Positions 27,198-40,179 are shown, numbered from the whole stretch's first letter. The stretch is DNA of 61,789 nucleotides, filler included, from Hausera hauseri (GCA_046269625.1; 12 parts of 12 records of this genome joined end to end with filler, not necessarily neighbours in it), one strand, 5' to 3'. Numbers and translations: made by a program. Notes: generated from the sequence alone by a model not told the origin.

Positions 27198-28486
27198 NNN
27201 NNNNNNNNNNNNNNNNNNNNNNNNNNNNNNNNNNNNNNNNNTTAATTAATTAANNNNNNNNNNNNNNNNNNNNNNNNNNNNNNNNNNNNNNNNNNNNTTA
27301 ACTAAAAGCAAAACCTTCTAGAAAAAACAAAAAAAAACAAAAGCGTAGAATCTTAAATCTGCATCCCCTTAAAAGCAGGAACAATCCCAGTTTATGTGAG
27401 GCACAAACTAAACTTCATTTAATCCTCACACAATATAAAGAGACGGGGTCATTTAGACCCCAAAAGTTTTTTACTCTGTGTGCAGTACAGGGGTCGTACT
27501 GACCCTGTGTGCACTTTTACAAGTTTTTTTGTGTGATTTTGAAAACTTATGGTCTGATGGAACATTGGTGTCCAACAAGTACTTTAATAACATATTTAAA
27601 TAATAATCAGAAACAATAGAAATATAAGAGTTATAGATGTTTGGCTCAGTGAAAACAGTCATTTTATTTAGGATCTTTTTGTTGTCTTTAACTTACAGCC
27701 ACCTCGCCGTCGCTGTCGGGTGTGTGCGACTTTGAGCAGAGCTTGTGCGGGTGGTCTGCAGACCCCCACTCAGGTGTGAGCTGGTCCCTGCCCACAGCCA
27801 GCAGTGGCTCAGCTGGACACGGCACACATGGGACCTGGCAGGACCTGTCGCTGGGATCAGACGGTAAGAACAGAGACACCTCTGAAGAATAGCAGCATGA
27901 GAAGCAAAGTACAGCACTGAGATGACACCAAAACGGGAATAATTTAGGGCAGGTTTAGATTCATGAAACTGACTTTTACTCATTTATCATTTAGAGCATC
28001 CCTGCTTTAGGCATGAGCTTTAAATGAAGCTTCTTTTTCATCACTGCTGCTTATGGCTTTGCATATCCAGAGCGCCAGGATTTATTTAAAAAAAAAAAAA
28101 AAAGAAAAAAAAGACATTTTAGTTACTATAAAAAATACAAATGGGTTACATGTCATAGGACGTCTCTTGTTGTCTTTGTAGCTGCCTTCAATTAGCTAAG
28201 TACAGCAGAATTTAATTAATGTCCCTTTAATAATTTTGGTGAAAGACCCAGACACCCTCAGAATAGAAGGGGGGAAAAATTAAAAAAAAAATAAATAAAT
28301 AAAGAAAAACAAAAAAACATAAGAGGTGAGAAAATGGAGTGCAAGGTGTCCGCGGCACTTCTATCTACGTGTCCTCTGTTGTGTCAATTAAAAACTATCG
28401 CTTTTAAAAAAGGCCGGTCTTAAACCAAGAAAAATAAAAATAATAACAATAACAAGAATGTGTGGTTTTAAATGCTCAAAAAGTGA

Positions 28487-31400
28487 TTATTCGTCATGTG
28501 ACGAGTCATTGTCCTGGGCGCTCACGTACGGAGTGTTGTTCTGGAATATATAACTGTTTTTTTCTATGTAAGCAACACAGTCAATGATCAATTGGCTGAG
28601 GTCCGGTCTTTTTAGAATGACTGAAGCCCACTGAGCATCTGTGACATTCTTCGATTTTTTAATATGGTATGTTGATGTTAAGGGGCACTTGACTATGTAG
28701 TGCACTGATGTTGAGAGTTCGCCACAGACGCAGAGTGGGGAGGAAGATTTATTTATTCTATATAGGTATGATTGGAAGGGGCCGTGATTTGTGAAAAAGA
28801 GGTAAAGATTCCGGTGTAAAAGGAGAAATTCAGTGTTGACTTTCGGAAAGAAATTAAATGTATAACGACCTTCCTTTGCTGTTGCCCATCTGTGTTGCCA
28901 GTCCCTCAGTATTGTTACTCTTTGTTGTCTTTTCAAATATGATGGTGGTGTTGGAAGAAAGTACTGTGGGGTGTCTTCTTTTATTGAATCTTTTGCTAAG
29001 GTGTCCGCTAATTCGTTACCGTAGTTTCCGACGTGAGCTCGGACCCAGGTAAAATATATTTCTTTCTTTGTGGAGTGAACCAGTGTTATGATGTCATTAA
29101 TCAGTGCGTTCTGTGATGCAAACGAAAGTATTGCTTGTAGACCAGAGAGGCTGTCTGAGAAAATTATTGCTGAATGAAATGAACAAATTCGGAGCCAGAT
29201 GAGTGCATTTTTTATCGCAAATAGCTCAGCCTGGAAGACCGAGTTGGACTCGTGAAGTTTACCTTTCCAAGTATGAACGATATTTCTACCTTGTAGTGCA
29301 CCAAAGGCTGCACCACAGCCATCGTCTGATTTGGAACCGTCCGTATATATCTGTATTTCTGTTGTTGGAGGATTTTCTGTTAATTTCAGTGTATTCGAGG
29401 CTGGATGGAACACATATTTTGAGGTTTTTGATTGGTAGTACAGGGGATTTTGGTTATTGACAGGGATACGATGACGAGTAACCGAGCCCAATGTGGCTTC
29501 CTGGCTGAGTTTTAGATCCAGCGGTAATAAACCCGTTAATGTTTGGAGTGCCACAGTTGAGGTTTGCCTATATGCACGCGTGATCGCCAAAAGTGCAGAA
29601 CGCTGAATGGAGGAAAGAAGTTTCTGACCGTGTACTTTTTGCATGTCAAAGTACCATGTCGAGCATGCATAAGCTACAGTTCTTTCTAGGATAGAAGAAT
29701 ACCAAACCTTTTGAATTATTTTTGAAACTCCCCCATGGATAGCCGCAAACTTGTAAAGATTTTGTACTTTGTCCTTCACTTGATCCCTTTTTTTCCTCAA
29801 ATGTGGCAACCAGGAAAAGGACCTATCCAAAGTTACCCCTAGATACTCCAGTTCATAAGTTTTTTCCAGTGTTTTACCCTGTAGGTGAAACAGTGGCCTT
29901 CGACGTAAGTGGTGGGGATTTCCAAATGTAAGGACTTTACATTTGCTTATTGAAATTTCTTGACCATGTTCCCATGCCCAGTTTTGGATTATATCTAAAG
30001 ATTTGTCCCCTTCAAACTCTAGCTTTTCCCTCGAGGAACCCGAAGCAATGAGTACTAAGTCGTCTGCATAGGCCACTAATTTAGAATTTTCTTGCTTGAA
30101 TGAAATTAGTAAGGAGTTTAATAGTACTTGCCAGAGCAGTGGACCTATGCAAGAGCCCTGAGGACAGCCCCTGTAAAGTCCGTGCTCCACCTCTGGGTGC
30201 ATCCAGTCAACGATGGCCCTACGTTCAGAAAGGAATGAGGTAACTATGTTAACCAAGTCCTCTGGTATCTCATGAGTCTTGAGATATTCTATCGTTTTGT
30301 GCCACGGAAGGCGATCAAAGGCATTTTTGAAGTCTATTGTTATGACTGATGTATAATTTCGGTTATCTTTACTCGATTTTATGTGGGAAATTACCTGATT
30401 GATTGCTGTTTCCGTGGACTTTAATTCAGAGTAACCATGTTGGTTTTTAGAGAGATTTGATGAACGTGAGAGATGATAATTTAAACGACCGATAATCATT
30501 TTTTCGAAAATTTTTCCAAAGATAGGCAAGAGTGTTATCGGTCTGTAGGAGGAGGCGTCCTGCTCATTCCTTCCTGGTTTAATGAAATATACTAGTTCGC
30601 CGACCTTCCAGGCCCGCGGAAAGTAGTTAAGTTTTAGGAGTGCGTTATATAATTTCAAGAGGAGATCGGATAGTTTTGAATATAACTTCCTGATAATATG
30701 GTGGTCTATTTCATCAGGACCAGGTGCCTTATTAGCATTGAAAGAAAATATTGCAGTGTAAAGCTCCGCTGGCGTGAAATGTGGTGAATAGTTCACCTGT
30801 GTTATATGCATTGGGGATGGAAAGGAAGATTGACCAAAAATCTGTTGTGTTAAGTTCTGTAAGACGGAAAGTCTTGTTGTCGGTTCATTTGCTGGTGTAG
30901 TCTGGTAAAGTTGGATGTTCGTTTGAATGAATTTATTGAAAGCCATTTTTTGGGCTTTGCCGTAAGGATTGTTTACAGAACTACAGAAGGAGATCCATGA
31001 CCTCTTTTTGGCTTCTTGAATGTTCCTTTTATAAAGAGCTCTTTCTTGTTTGTATTTGATTTTGATTTCTGTTGAAGCGTTTATTGCTTTTGAGCGCTTG
31101 TACATTGCTGATAATTTATTTCTTTGTATTTTTAAATCGTTATTCCACCAACAAATTTTTGGTTGTAGAAAGCTGTTACGTTTTTAAAGGAATTTCTCGC
31201 AATTTTTTTAGAATAATTTCCGTGAAGATATTGAGTTGAGAATCTAAGTTGGTTGTGGTTGAAATGTCGTCAAAGAGAGAGTGCCGAATAGAGATGTCAT
31301 GTCGAACTGAATTAGCAAATTTTGACATTGGAACATTTTTTGTTTTGAAGCGTCTTTTAGGTTTTTGCGGGATAGGAAGATCCAGTTTTATTTCGATTAG

Positions 31401-32009
31401 TCTGTGATCGCCAAAAAGGATGTCATGAACTCCCCAGTGAACTATATGTGGGAAGAGTTGAAAGGAAGAGAGTGTGACGTCAGGCCAACCATGTGCTTGT
31501 GGTACTTCGAATGTTGGTTGACTATTGGGATCGTTTACGACTATTAGTCGACATGAAGCGCAATGTGTGATTAAGTTTTTCCCCCTGGAATCTTCTGCAG
31601 GATAGCCCCAAAGAGGACTATGTGCATTTAGATCACCACTTAATAAGAGATAATTGCTTAGTCTATCCAATGAGGCCCAGCCTAACAGGTCTTCCTCCAT
31701 GTTTCCCGAGGGTGGAGAATATTGTGTGCCTATTGAGATTACTTTATCGTGTAGATTAGTGTTGATAAAGACTGTATTTTCTGTTTTTAGTGTAAGACAG
31801 TGTGTTAGGTTTTGATCTATAATAATAATTAAGCAATTTTTTGAGACTGAGGTGTAGAAGGGCAGTATAGAGGGAAGACCGAAAGGCCTATTATTATGCA
31901 GATAAACGTCCTGCAGGACAGCTAGGGAAAAATTATTTGTTATAAGATAGTTCAATGCTTCGGCAGTTGCAGACTTATTGTGTTGGAGGTTTATGTGTGC
32001 TATTTTCAT
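28487..32009 (-). pseudogene. LINE ORF2: AP endonuclease, RT, RNase H, CCHC; frame disruption near 31180-31210
   Basis: HINLQH, GDLNAH, GDH (APE); PGPD, GCPQGS, YADD (RT); YTDGS, ELFAI, SDS, AHVGNYGNELAD (RNase H); CVCG..H..C. Confidence 0.95.
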
Positions 32010-33181
32010 GTTTGAAGTGAATTTGATATTTTGTTGAGTCTTGTTCTCTCTTGTTTGAGGGCTACACGATAGAATTCGCAACTGCCGGAATAAGCCGTAT
32101 GTCTAGTGTTGTAGTTAGTGAGTTTAAATTTATTTGAGTTGATGCAATTTATACACCTATGGAACTTTGGGTCATTTTTGTGTGGGCAATAGTCTGAAAA
32201 GTGTTCTCCTGAACAATGGACACAGATCGAAGGACCCTGTGCTTTACATACCCTTGCATGATGCCCCAGTGCTTGACACTTGTAGCACCTTGTTATTGTT
32301 ATGTACTTCCGTATTGGGCAGCTACGAAATTTAAACAGGAGACGACCTACCTGTAGTAACTGCTGTGCTAAGTCTTCTTCTATGTCTAGTGATAGATGGT
32401 AAGTCCCGTGATTGGTATGCAAAGGTTTTCGAAAGTCCACTGTAATGTCTCTTTCTAAGTTGAGGGTGCATTGAATTTTTGTCTTGATTTGCTCGCTGGT
32501 TACGTGGTCCGGAATATTGAAGAGCATTATACGATGTTTTTTGGGTCCTTTCACTGTTATGTACAAGTTCTTTATTATTTCTTCTGCTGCATTGAGTTTT
32601 CCTGCAAGTTCTTCTGTATCTTTGTCTGTAGCACATTCTATTAAAATATTGCCTGCTTTCGTTGGGCGACATTCTGTTGGAGATGCGTTAATGTCATAGT
32701 CGTCGAGTTTATCTAACTTTTCTGTGATTTCTCCAGGCTTCATTGATGGTTTTTTAGGCCGTAAAATTATTGCTTTTTTCCGTGCTATTGATTTATTCAG
32801 GACATCTGAGTAAGATTGTAAATTTTCTGGCGTTTTCTAGTTGTTGTCCACTTTGTTATCCGATTGTGGTTGGTTCATTACTTCCGTTAGTTTGTTGATT
32901 TTATTGAGGACAGCCGACTCAGTATAATGCCATCGCTCTACTAAACTCCGGTGGTAGGCATTAAATTCTATCAGAGTTTCCTCTAGCTTGGTGATGGTCT
33001 TTGCTGCTTTGTTTGTGGTTTGCTCTCTTAATGATTGAATAAGTTCAGCTAGTATCTCTCCGTAATCCTTTTCTGTGATGGAGAATGGTGGAGGATCATT
33101 TTTTTCCGCTGCATCTGATGTTGCTGTCTCCTGTGCCTGGTCGGTGTCGTTGCAGTGCACTTTATCGTTGTTTCGTGCCAT
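32006..33181 (-). pseudogene. LINE ORF1 (gag-like nucleic-acid-binding protein), one internal TAG
   Basis: ORFs 32837-33181 and 32006-32743 share a frame, split by a single TAG at 32837-32839; knuckles CYKCQALGHHARVC, CVHCSGEHFSDYC and CINC...HTAYSGSC. Confidence 0.9.
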
Positions 33182-33895
33182 TATCAGAGCTTTGCTGTAG
33201 TAACACTAATGTTATAATGATAGTGAAGACACTTAATAAAAGAAGATAAAAACTGATTCATGCAAGTGCCACGGGCTTGTGGGCCTTCCACCTGACAAAT
33301 TCACACACACACACACACACAAAAAAAAAAAAAATCTCACAGTTTGGCCAGGTGTTGACCAGCTAGAACAGCCAGTCTAGCACGATGCACAAAAGAAGGT
33401 CTCAATCACATACAGGAATGCCTCCATGGGTCATTGTTATTTATTGATGACATCTGTTCCAGCTTAAATGGCCACAGAAGGTACGAGTACATATGGAAGT
33501 CTCTTTTCACAGGAGAGGGGCTTTAGCTTCCATAGCGGATGTATGAAGAGAGTTTGCCCTTTTCCCTCATACCTGCTGCTGACTCCGGCTGGAAAGTGAC
33601 AACTATCCTACATCTATCAATGCAAGATTTATGTTTTTAGCAGCTTTCTCTTTGGTAGCTGTGCCCCACTACCGGCAATGTTTTCCCTCCACATTCTTAT
33701 TAGTTTAGTTTATTGCAGCAGCACGTCTGGTGAGGTCATTTATGGCCAACCAAGGTGGTATGACAAACTCATTTATAACTAGCAGACTGGAGTGCNNNNN
33801 NNNNNNNNNNNNNNNNNNNNNNNNNNNNNNNNNNNNNNNTTAATTAATTAANNNNNNNNNNNNNNNNNNNNNNNNNNNNNNNNNNNNNNNNNNNN

Positions 33896-36800
33896 TATAG
33901 CGAGCGATACGCTATGAACAACCCTATTTGCATATACCACAACAAATATCAGTCACAGGCCAGGTCATGTGTACTTGATTGTAAATACTACAAAAATAAA
34001 TCTCGCCTTTTTTCTTCCCCTTCTTCCTTTTCCTCCAAATCCTTTAAAAAAACCAATAACGCCGCCAGATTTTACGTCACATTCTGGCGCAGGCAATATC
34101 GCTCAATCTTCTGGCCGTTTCAACACCGTCTCGGCAGTCTTTCTGTTGAAAGCTGCATTGTAATGCAGAGACACTTCGCATTTCGACTTCCTTATAGATT
34201 CAGAAGCTGCCTTTTCGTTCCTTCCCTTTTCCTTCACTCCTACATCCACTATAATTTCCTGTCCACCGATTTTCACTGCCATTGGTCAACAGTTGCACGT
34301 TGCAGGAACCATGGAACTGACTTTCACATACGCCAACTTGCCAGATAAGTTTGTCTGGAAGTTCCACGTGGCCGATATTAAATCTCCCATAATAGGCTCA
34401 GATTTTCTTGCCTCACATTATCTGTTGGTCGATTGCAAATACGGCTGTCTTCTGGGCAGGAACTCAATTGCAATTTCAAACGTATGTTTCGCAGACAATC
34501 TAGCAAACGCCTCAAAGCACTCTTCTGTAAATATACTGAATACCGCGTCAAATGCTAAAAAGTATAACAATCACAAATCAATTTTAAAACAAAAATCCAA
34601 ACTGAATATTGACAGTCGCAATGCCGGTTGTTCTTCGTCAATTACTGCAACTGTCTCATCCGGTGATATGCCTCATTCACTCTTATCTCTAGACTCCAGT
34701 CTTAAATCTACATCACAACGTCGTGTTTTTGCATAGTCAAAAGGGACGTCAACTTTAAGCTGCCATCCACAACTTATTACCATATAGTATCGAAGAATCA
34801 GAGGCCTATCAAACAAAATGTTAGACCTTTGTCGCCACGCAGACGTAAAGCTGTGGAACAAGAATTTAATGAACTGGAAAGGTATGACATAATTCGGAGA
34901 TCGAATTCACCGTGGGCTTCTCCTCTTTATGTAGTGGTAAAGAAAGATGGTACCTATAGGCCACGTGGCGACTATCGACAATTAAACAACCTAACTATTA
35001 CAGATGCCTATCCACTACCACTCATTAAGGATATTCTTCATAGCCTCAATAACACCAATACTTATTCTACCATTGATCTGCACAAGGCCTACCATCACAT
35101 TCCTGTTGCACCTGATGACATTCCAAAAAGTGCTGTCATTACACCATTTCGCCTTTACGAATACATATTTATGCCTTTCGGCCTACGTCGTGTATTTCAG
35201 AACTTTCAGCGCCACATTGACACCGTTCTTTCTGGTCTTGATTTGCTCACTCATACATAGATGACATATTAGTCGCTTCCAGCTCCATCAAACAACATCA
35301 TGAACACCTTAGAATTATTTTCCACAGATTGCATCAAATCAACCTGAAAATTAATTTCGCCAAATGCAACTTCTTGCAGAAACGCGTCAACTTCCTACGC
35401 TACATAATTACTCCCGAAGGTCATTCGCCTCAGCCTGATCGCTTACAACAATTCAAAAATGTCACAATACCAATTACCACTACCAATATGAGGAATTTTT
35501 AGGGACACTGCACTTAGTACACAAATGCGTTCCCCACTGCTCCGAACTAACGGCACCTTTCGCACACATCTCATCCGAGAAGAAAAGACAATTAATCCAT
35601 TGGACTCCCGAGGTAGTTAATCAATTTTATCGCCTTCGTGATGGTCTGAAGTCCGTTGAAATCCTGGCTTTTCCAAAACCGAACGCGGAACTAATATTAA
35701 CTACCGATGCCTCAACCACATCCACTGGTGCGATATTACACCAAATACACAATGGTGTGGATGAGCCGTTAGAATCTATTCCCGAAAGCTTACGCAACCA
35801 AAAAGCCAATACACAACATTCGATCGTGAACTCCTGGCTATAGTTCTAGCGGTAAAGCATTTTAAGCATTTGCCTTATCACGCCAATTTTTCATCCAAAC
35901 CGACCATAAACCTCTACTTCATATCATGACGTTAAAACAGCCATCACCCAGACATCGACGTCAGATATCATATCTTTCGACATTTTGCCTTTCCATGAAA
36001 TATATTTCTGGCACCGAAAACTTAGTAACAGATTTTCTGTCGCGGTCGGTAAACTCAATTACAGATCAGCCAACTTTCTCCTCTGAAGTCCTGAGAAGTA
36101 ATCAGCCATCATCTGATATTCTCCAAGCCTTTCAATCGGTTGAGATCATTGATGGCATCGTCTACGACACATCAAACTCGACTAATAAGAAAATCATTCT
36201 TGCTCCATCGCTAAAAAACACAGCTTTCATTCATTTTTACTCTCTTCATCATCCGGGTTCCAAAGCCACATTTCGTCTACTGCAACGCCGCGTTGTATAG
36301 CCAACTATGCGTACCGATGTACAGATATAGGTCAAGGAATGTGTAACATGTCAACAATATAAGGTTCATAAACACCTCAAACCACCACTTTACCACTTTC
36401 CTTGCACTTCTCGTTTTGAAACCGTGCATTTGGATCTTGTGGATCCTCTACATTCCGACAACGGTTATCAATATATCTTATCCATGATGGATCGTGCTTC
36501 CGCTGGCCTGAAGCCGTTCCGCTTTGATCAACCTGCACTGACTCAGTAGCAAATGCATTTATGAAGATATTGGTCAGCCGGTTTGGCTCACCATGTCACA
36601 TCATAACGGACCAGGGTCCGCAATTTCAAGCTGATTTTTTCAAATCTCTTGTAAAGCACTTGGGGATAGCCAATTTCCATACGACGCCGTACTATTCCCA
36701 AGCAAATGATCTTCTTGAGAAATTTCATCGCACCATGAAGATTTCCTTAAAAGTCCTGGCAAACAACAATCATAATTAGACCTTGATTCTTCCTTTTGTC

Positions 36801-37792
36801 CTACTCGGTTGGCGCAACACGCCATCCACTACCGCAGGTTGTGCTCCGGCTAAAGCTCTCTTTGGGACACCAATTCTTGCGCTGTTTGAGCTCTCCCACT
36901 TCGATGATAGTCCATCAGATGAAGTTATTCGTGCGGCACAGTCCCATTTTGTAGATGTAAACTCAGACGCCTTTTGCCGTCTCATAAATAAAGACAAATC
37001 TTATATTCCAGAATACTTATACTCAGCCAAGTTTGTATGGCTGAAGGACCCTTCACCGTCTTGTTTTCGGCATCAATACGTTGGCCCTTACAAACTAATC
37101 AACCTTCCTTAACACATCGTTACTATTTTACGTAAGGACAGACCTCAAAATGTACATATTACTAACCTTTAAGCCAGCATTCTTTGTTTACAATGACCAG
37201 GATAACAGCACTGTTTCAAATCCTATTTCTAACTTCTTTTCCTTCGGGTCATCATCCAATTTCCTCGATGACTTTGATCTGTCGCAGCAATCACTATCTA
37301 ATCACAATCAAATCTCTTCACCTACATCATCGTCCACTGCTCCTTCGCCACCTATTTTGCCGTCATCGCCTGCACACCCACCACTCATTTCACTTTCATC
37401 GCACGTTTCGCTTCCATCTCCAGCCTCGCCTTATTCGTTTGATCCACTCCACTCTTCAGCTTCTTCTCAATTTTCACCTCTTCATGAAGCATCTTCCCAA
37501 AACACCACAAAATCCACAGAATCTCTCCCTTAAACAACTCCACAAGCACCAGTAACATCTAACAGGTCACGCAAAGTGACATTTAGTACTTACAGCAGGG
37601 AGAAGTTCATAGATGGAATCCAAGGTCTGACATGTACCAAAACCGAATAGGTACAATTTCTTCTTTTGCCTACTATAATCTCCGTTAATTTTTTCTCTTT
37701 GTAGTCTTCATCTTGCCATGAGGGGTGATGTAGTGCCTAAAGTGTGGTCGCACTGGAGGGGTTAGCGGATCGGTGAGCGCATTTTCCCCACA
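33896..37792 (+). mobile_element. Gypsy family 1, copy G (5'-truncated, decayed)
   Basis: CIYHNKYQSQARSCVLDC, protease, RT (34829-35260), RNase H, integrase (TDQGPQF, YVGPY), tail RKVTFSTYSRE (stop 37650), PPT ~37720-37728, LTR start TGTAGTGCC at 37729. Confidence 0.94.
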
Positions 37793-38382
37793 ATCTAAAT
37801 ATCAAGTTTAATTTCAGAATATCAAGTGCAGCGTTGTTAGATGGAAATGAGATAAAATATCAACATTGTATTGAAATCAGTTTGCTGTTAAATGAAGTAC
37901 CGTTGGTGGAGTAAATATCCATGAATGGATGAATATAGTAATCACGCATTATCTTAGCGATCACCTTTNNNNNNNNNNNNNNNNNNNNNNNNNNNNNNNN
38001 NNNNNNNNNNNNTTAATTAATTAANNNNNNNNNNNNNNNNNNNNNNNNNNNNNNNNNNNNNNNNNNNNAAAACCGTTTTTTCTTTGAATATTAAAAAAGA
38101 AGGGTTTTTCAAAAAATCTTAGTTTTGTCATCGACAATTTGCAATTCCGTATCAGTTCGATCCCTGTGAATTTTCAAATTTTGCATTTGATCAACTTTAC
38201 CAGGTATTCAGACTCAGCCAAACTCTTACATTGTTCCTACAACCTTATCCGATTCTCAATATGGCGTTTCAGAATTTCCAGAATTTTCAGACGTTTTGTT
38301 ACAGAATTTATTTGAGCTTGAAAGTGCTATTTTACAATTATTGCATGCAATCCAATTTTGATTAAATTTTCCAAACATTTTG

Positions 38383-38805
38383 CTAATTTTCGGATTTGAA
38401 TATCTTCGAGGCGTTGTCGTACATTCCATCCACAAGTTTTCTGCACAGATCTTTGATAGAGGCATCATGATTCCAAACGTCTATGGTGTCAGCGATCAGT
38501 TGTTGCTTATAGGAGGGTTTCATTTGAGCAACTTTGCTTTTCAACACGGCCCGTACATTTTCGATCGGGTTCATATCGGGTGATGAACTGGGCCATTTCA
38601 TAACATTGATACCCAAATCCCGAAACAACTTCATGAAACCCTTTGATACATGACATGGTGCGCCATCTTGTTGCAGATACCATGGACTACAATTAGCAAA
38701 CCAATCTTCAGCTTGCGGAACTATTCTCTCCCTAATAACGTTGCAATAAACTTCCGAATTCATGGACCTTTTACACACATAAAGTCGTTTCGAGTCCTGC
38801 CACAA
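38383..38805 (-). pseudogene. Tc1 (DD34E) transposase C-terminal fragment
   Basis: QQDGAPCH...WPSSSPDMNPIE with 34 residues between D and E. Confidence 0.9.
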
Positions 38806-39357
38806 AATACACGTCCTGAATTTTTACAGAATTATTGCTAACATGTAACAGTTATATTGGATCATGCTCATCAACCGCTGCAACAAATACTCATGCAAGT
38901 CACAACAGTTCCTTTCTTTGTTTTTGTTTAAAATAACAAGCCATTAGTTGGAATGACCTTCTGATTCAATTTTATATTTATAACATTTGTAATTGAGTCA
39001 TTTTTATTTCATTTACAGGCTTATGAAAAATTTATAATTTCGCACGAAAATTATATTTTCACTATAGTTTCATTCTAACATTATCAGATATGTACTAACT
39101 CGTAAAAATGGTAGGAAGGAAATAGTGCAATTAATGCAGTCTTGAAAACAATTAATTCTACAGTTAAAATTACATTTACATAAATCCCAATATACACTCT
39201 TAAAACTCCAGCAGAGTCTACATACAAATTATTTCGAGTTTAAAGGAAATTCTAATCGTTGTCAAATAATTGGGCAAAGAACTTTGTAATTATTTCTATT
39301 GGATATATGATCTATTAATATTACTGTGATTCATTACGGATTCTAAATTGAAGTATC

Positions 39358-40179
39358 ATGGCAACACTTGACAGAAGAGTTGTCGTACCTTGGTTGATTA
39401 TAAGTTATTCCACAACAATAATTGGTGGTTTCGGTAATTTATGGTTTCTTTATGTTGTGAAAAAATACATGTGGGATAAACCGAACTACAGGATTTTATT
39501 TGGCATAATGATTTTCAACATTTTATGTGATTTTATATTCATCCCAGTTAAAATTGTTCAAACCCACTTGTATTTCCAGGAAAATATTTTGTTTGGTAAT
39601 AATTTGTTCTGCCAGATTTTATCGTTACCATTTAACATTTGCCTATTCTGTTCAATGAGTGGCCAATTTTTGGCGGCCGTTTTTCGAGGCTGGGCTGTGT
39701 TCTTTCCAATTTCATTTAGACGATTCGCAACGATTCGGTTCATTACGATAACGTTTGTTATTGTTGCTGTTGTCATTCCAGGTGTATACCATTTTGCTAC
39801 GTTCCCGTGGGCCATCAATTACGTTTATGACATGACGTATGGAGACTGTGAAACAAGGTACGGCACAAAGAATTCCAATATGATTCGATCGATTATATTT
39901 ACGTACACGCCTTTAGCAACGAGTTTTCTCATTTATATTGGGATATTTTGTAAAATTTTAACGTTGAAATCCACTGAAAGAGCCCAAATGATAAAACTCA
40001 CTCGTGGCAGTGCAGCCATGTTCTTTTGCCTTGTCGCATATGCTGGTTTAGTTATGCCTCTTTGGATCAATTACAGCATTGGTAATCAGTATTCGGCAAT
40101 AAACTATGGGATATGGACGAAATGGGCGTACAGATTTAGTTATTGCGTTGATCCGGTTAGAATTTTAAAAATATGTTAA
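39358..40179 (+). CDS. Divergent class A (rhodopsin-like) GPCR; 3' end possibly spliced at CCG|GT (40156)
   Basis: Seven hydrophobic segments; TM1 GN, TM2 ILCD, TM3 Cys, R-x-x-AVFFP after TM3, ECL2 Cys, TM6 Pro, TM7 VDP. Intact 273-aa ORF. Confidence 0.85.
   Translation: MATLDRRVVVPWLIISYSTTIIGGFGNLWFLYVVKKYMWDKPNYRILFGIMIFNILCDFIFIPVKIVQTHLYFQENILFGNNLFCQILSLPFNICLFCSMSGQFLAAVFRGWAVFFPISFRRFATIRFITITFVIVAVVIPGVYHFATFPWAINYVYDMTYGDCETRYGTKNSNMIRSIIFTYTPLATSFLIYIGIFCKILTLKSTERAQMIKLTRGSAAMFFCLVAYAGLVMPLWINYSIGNQYSAINYGIWTKWAYRFSYCVDPVRILKIC

Larger units (their letters stand above)
28080..33346 (-). mobile_element. Near-complete non-LTR retrotransposon, R1-like with RNase H
   Basis: ORF1 with three Cys/His knuckles, ORF2 APE-RT-RNaseH-CCHC, T-rich 3' UTR ending in AATAAA (28081-28086). 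Ends inferred from a possible 6-bp TSD (GCCAGG at 28074-28079 and 33347-33352). Confidence 0.88.

Noticed and set aside
27697-27882. GC-rich exon-like block with cag/gtaag boundaries
   Set aside because: No recognisable protein in either open frame.
31176-31210. T TTA AAA as a programmed -1 frameshift in LINE ORF2
   Set aside because: The downstream RT frame is +1, not -1; ordinary decay or homopolymer error is more likely.
33302-33334. (CA)n as a Waldo-type target site
   Set aside because: Reads (GT)n on the element's sense strand and is absent at the 3' end.
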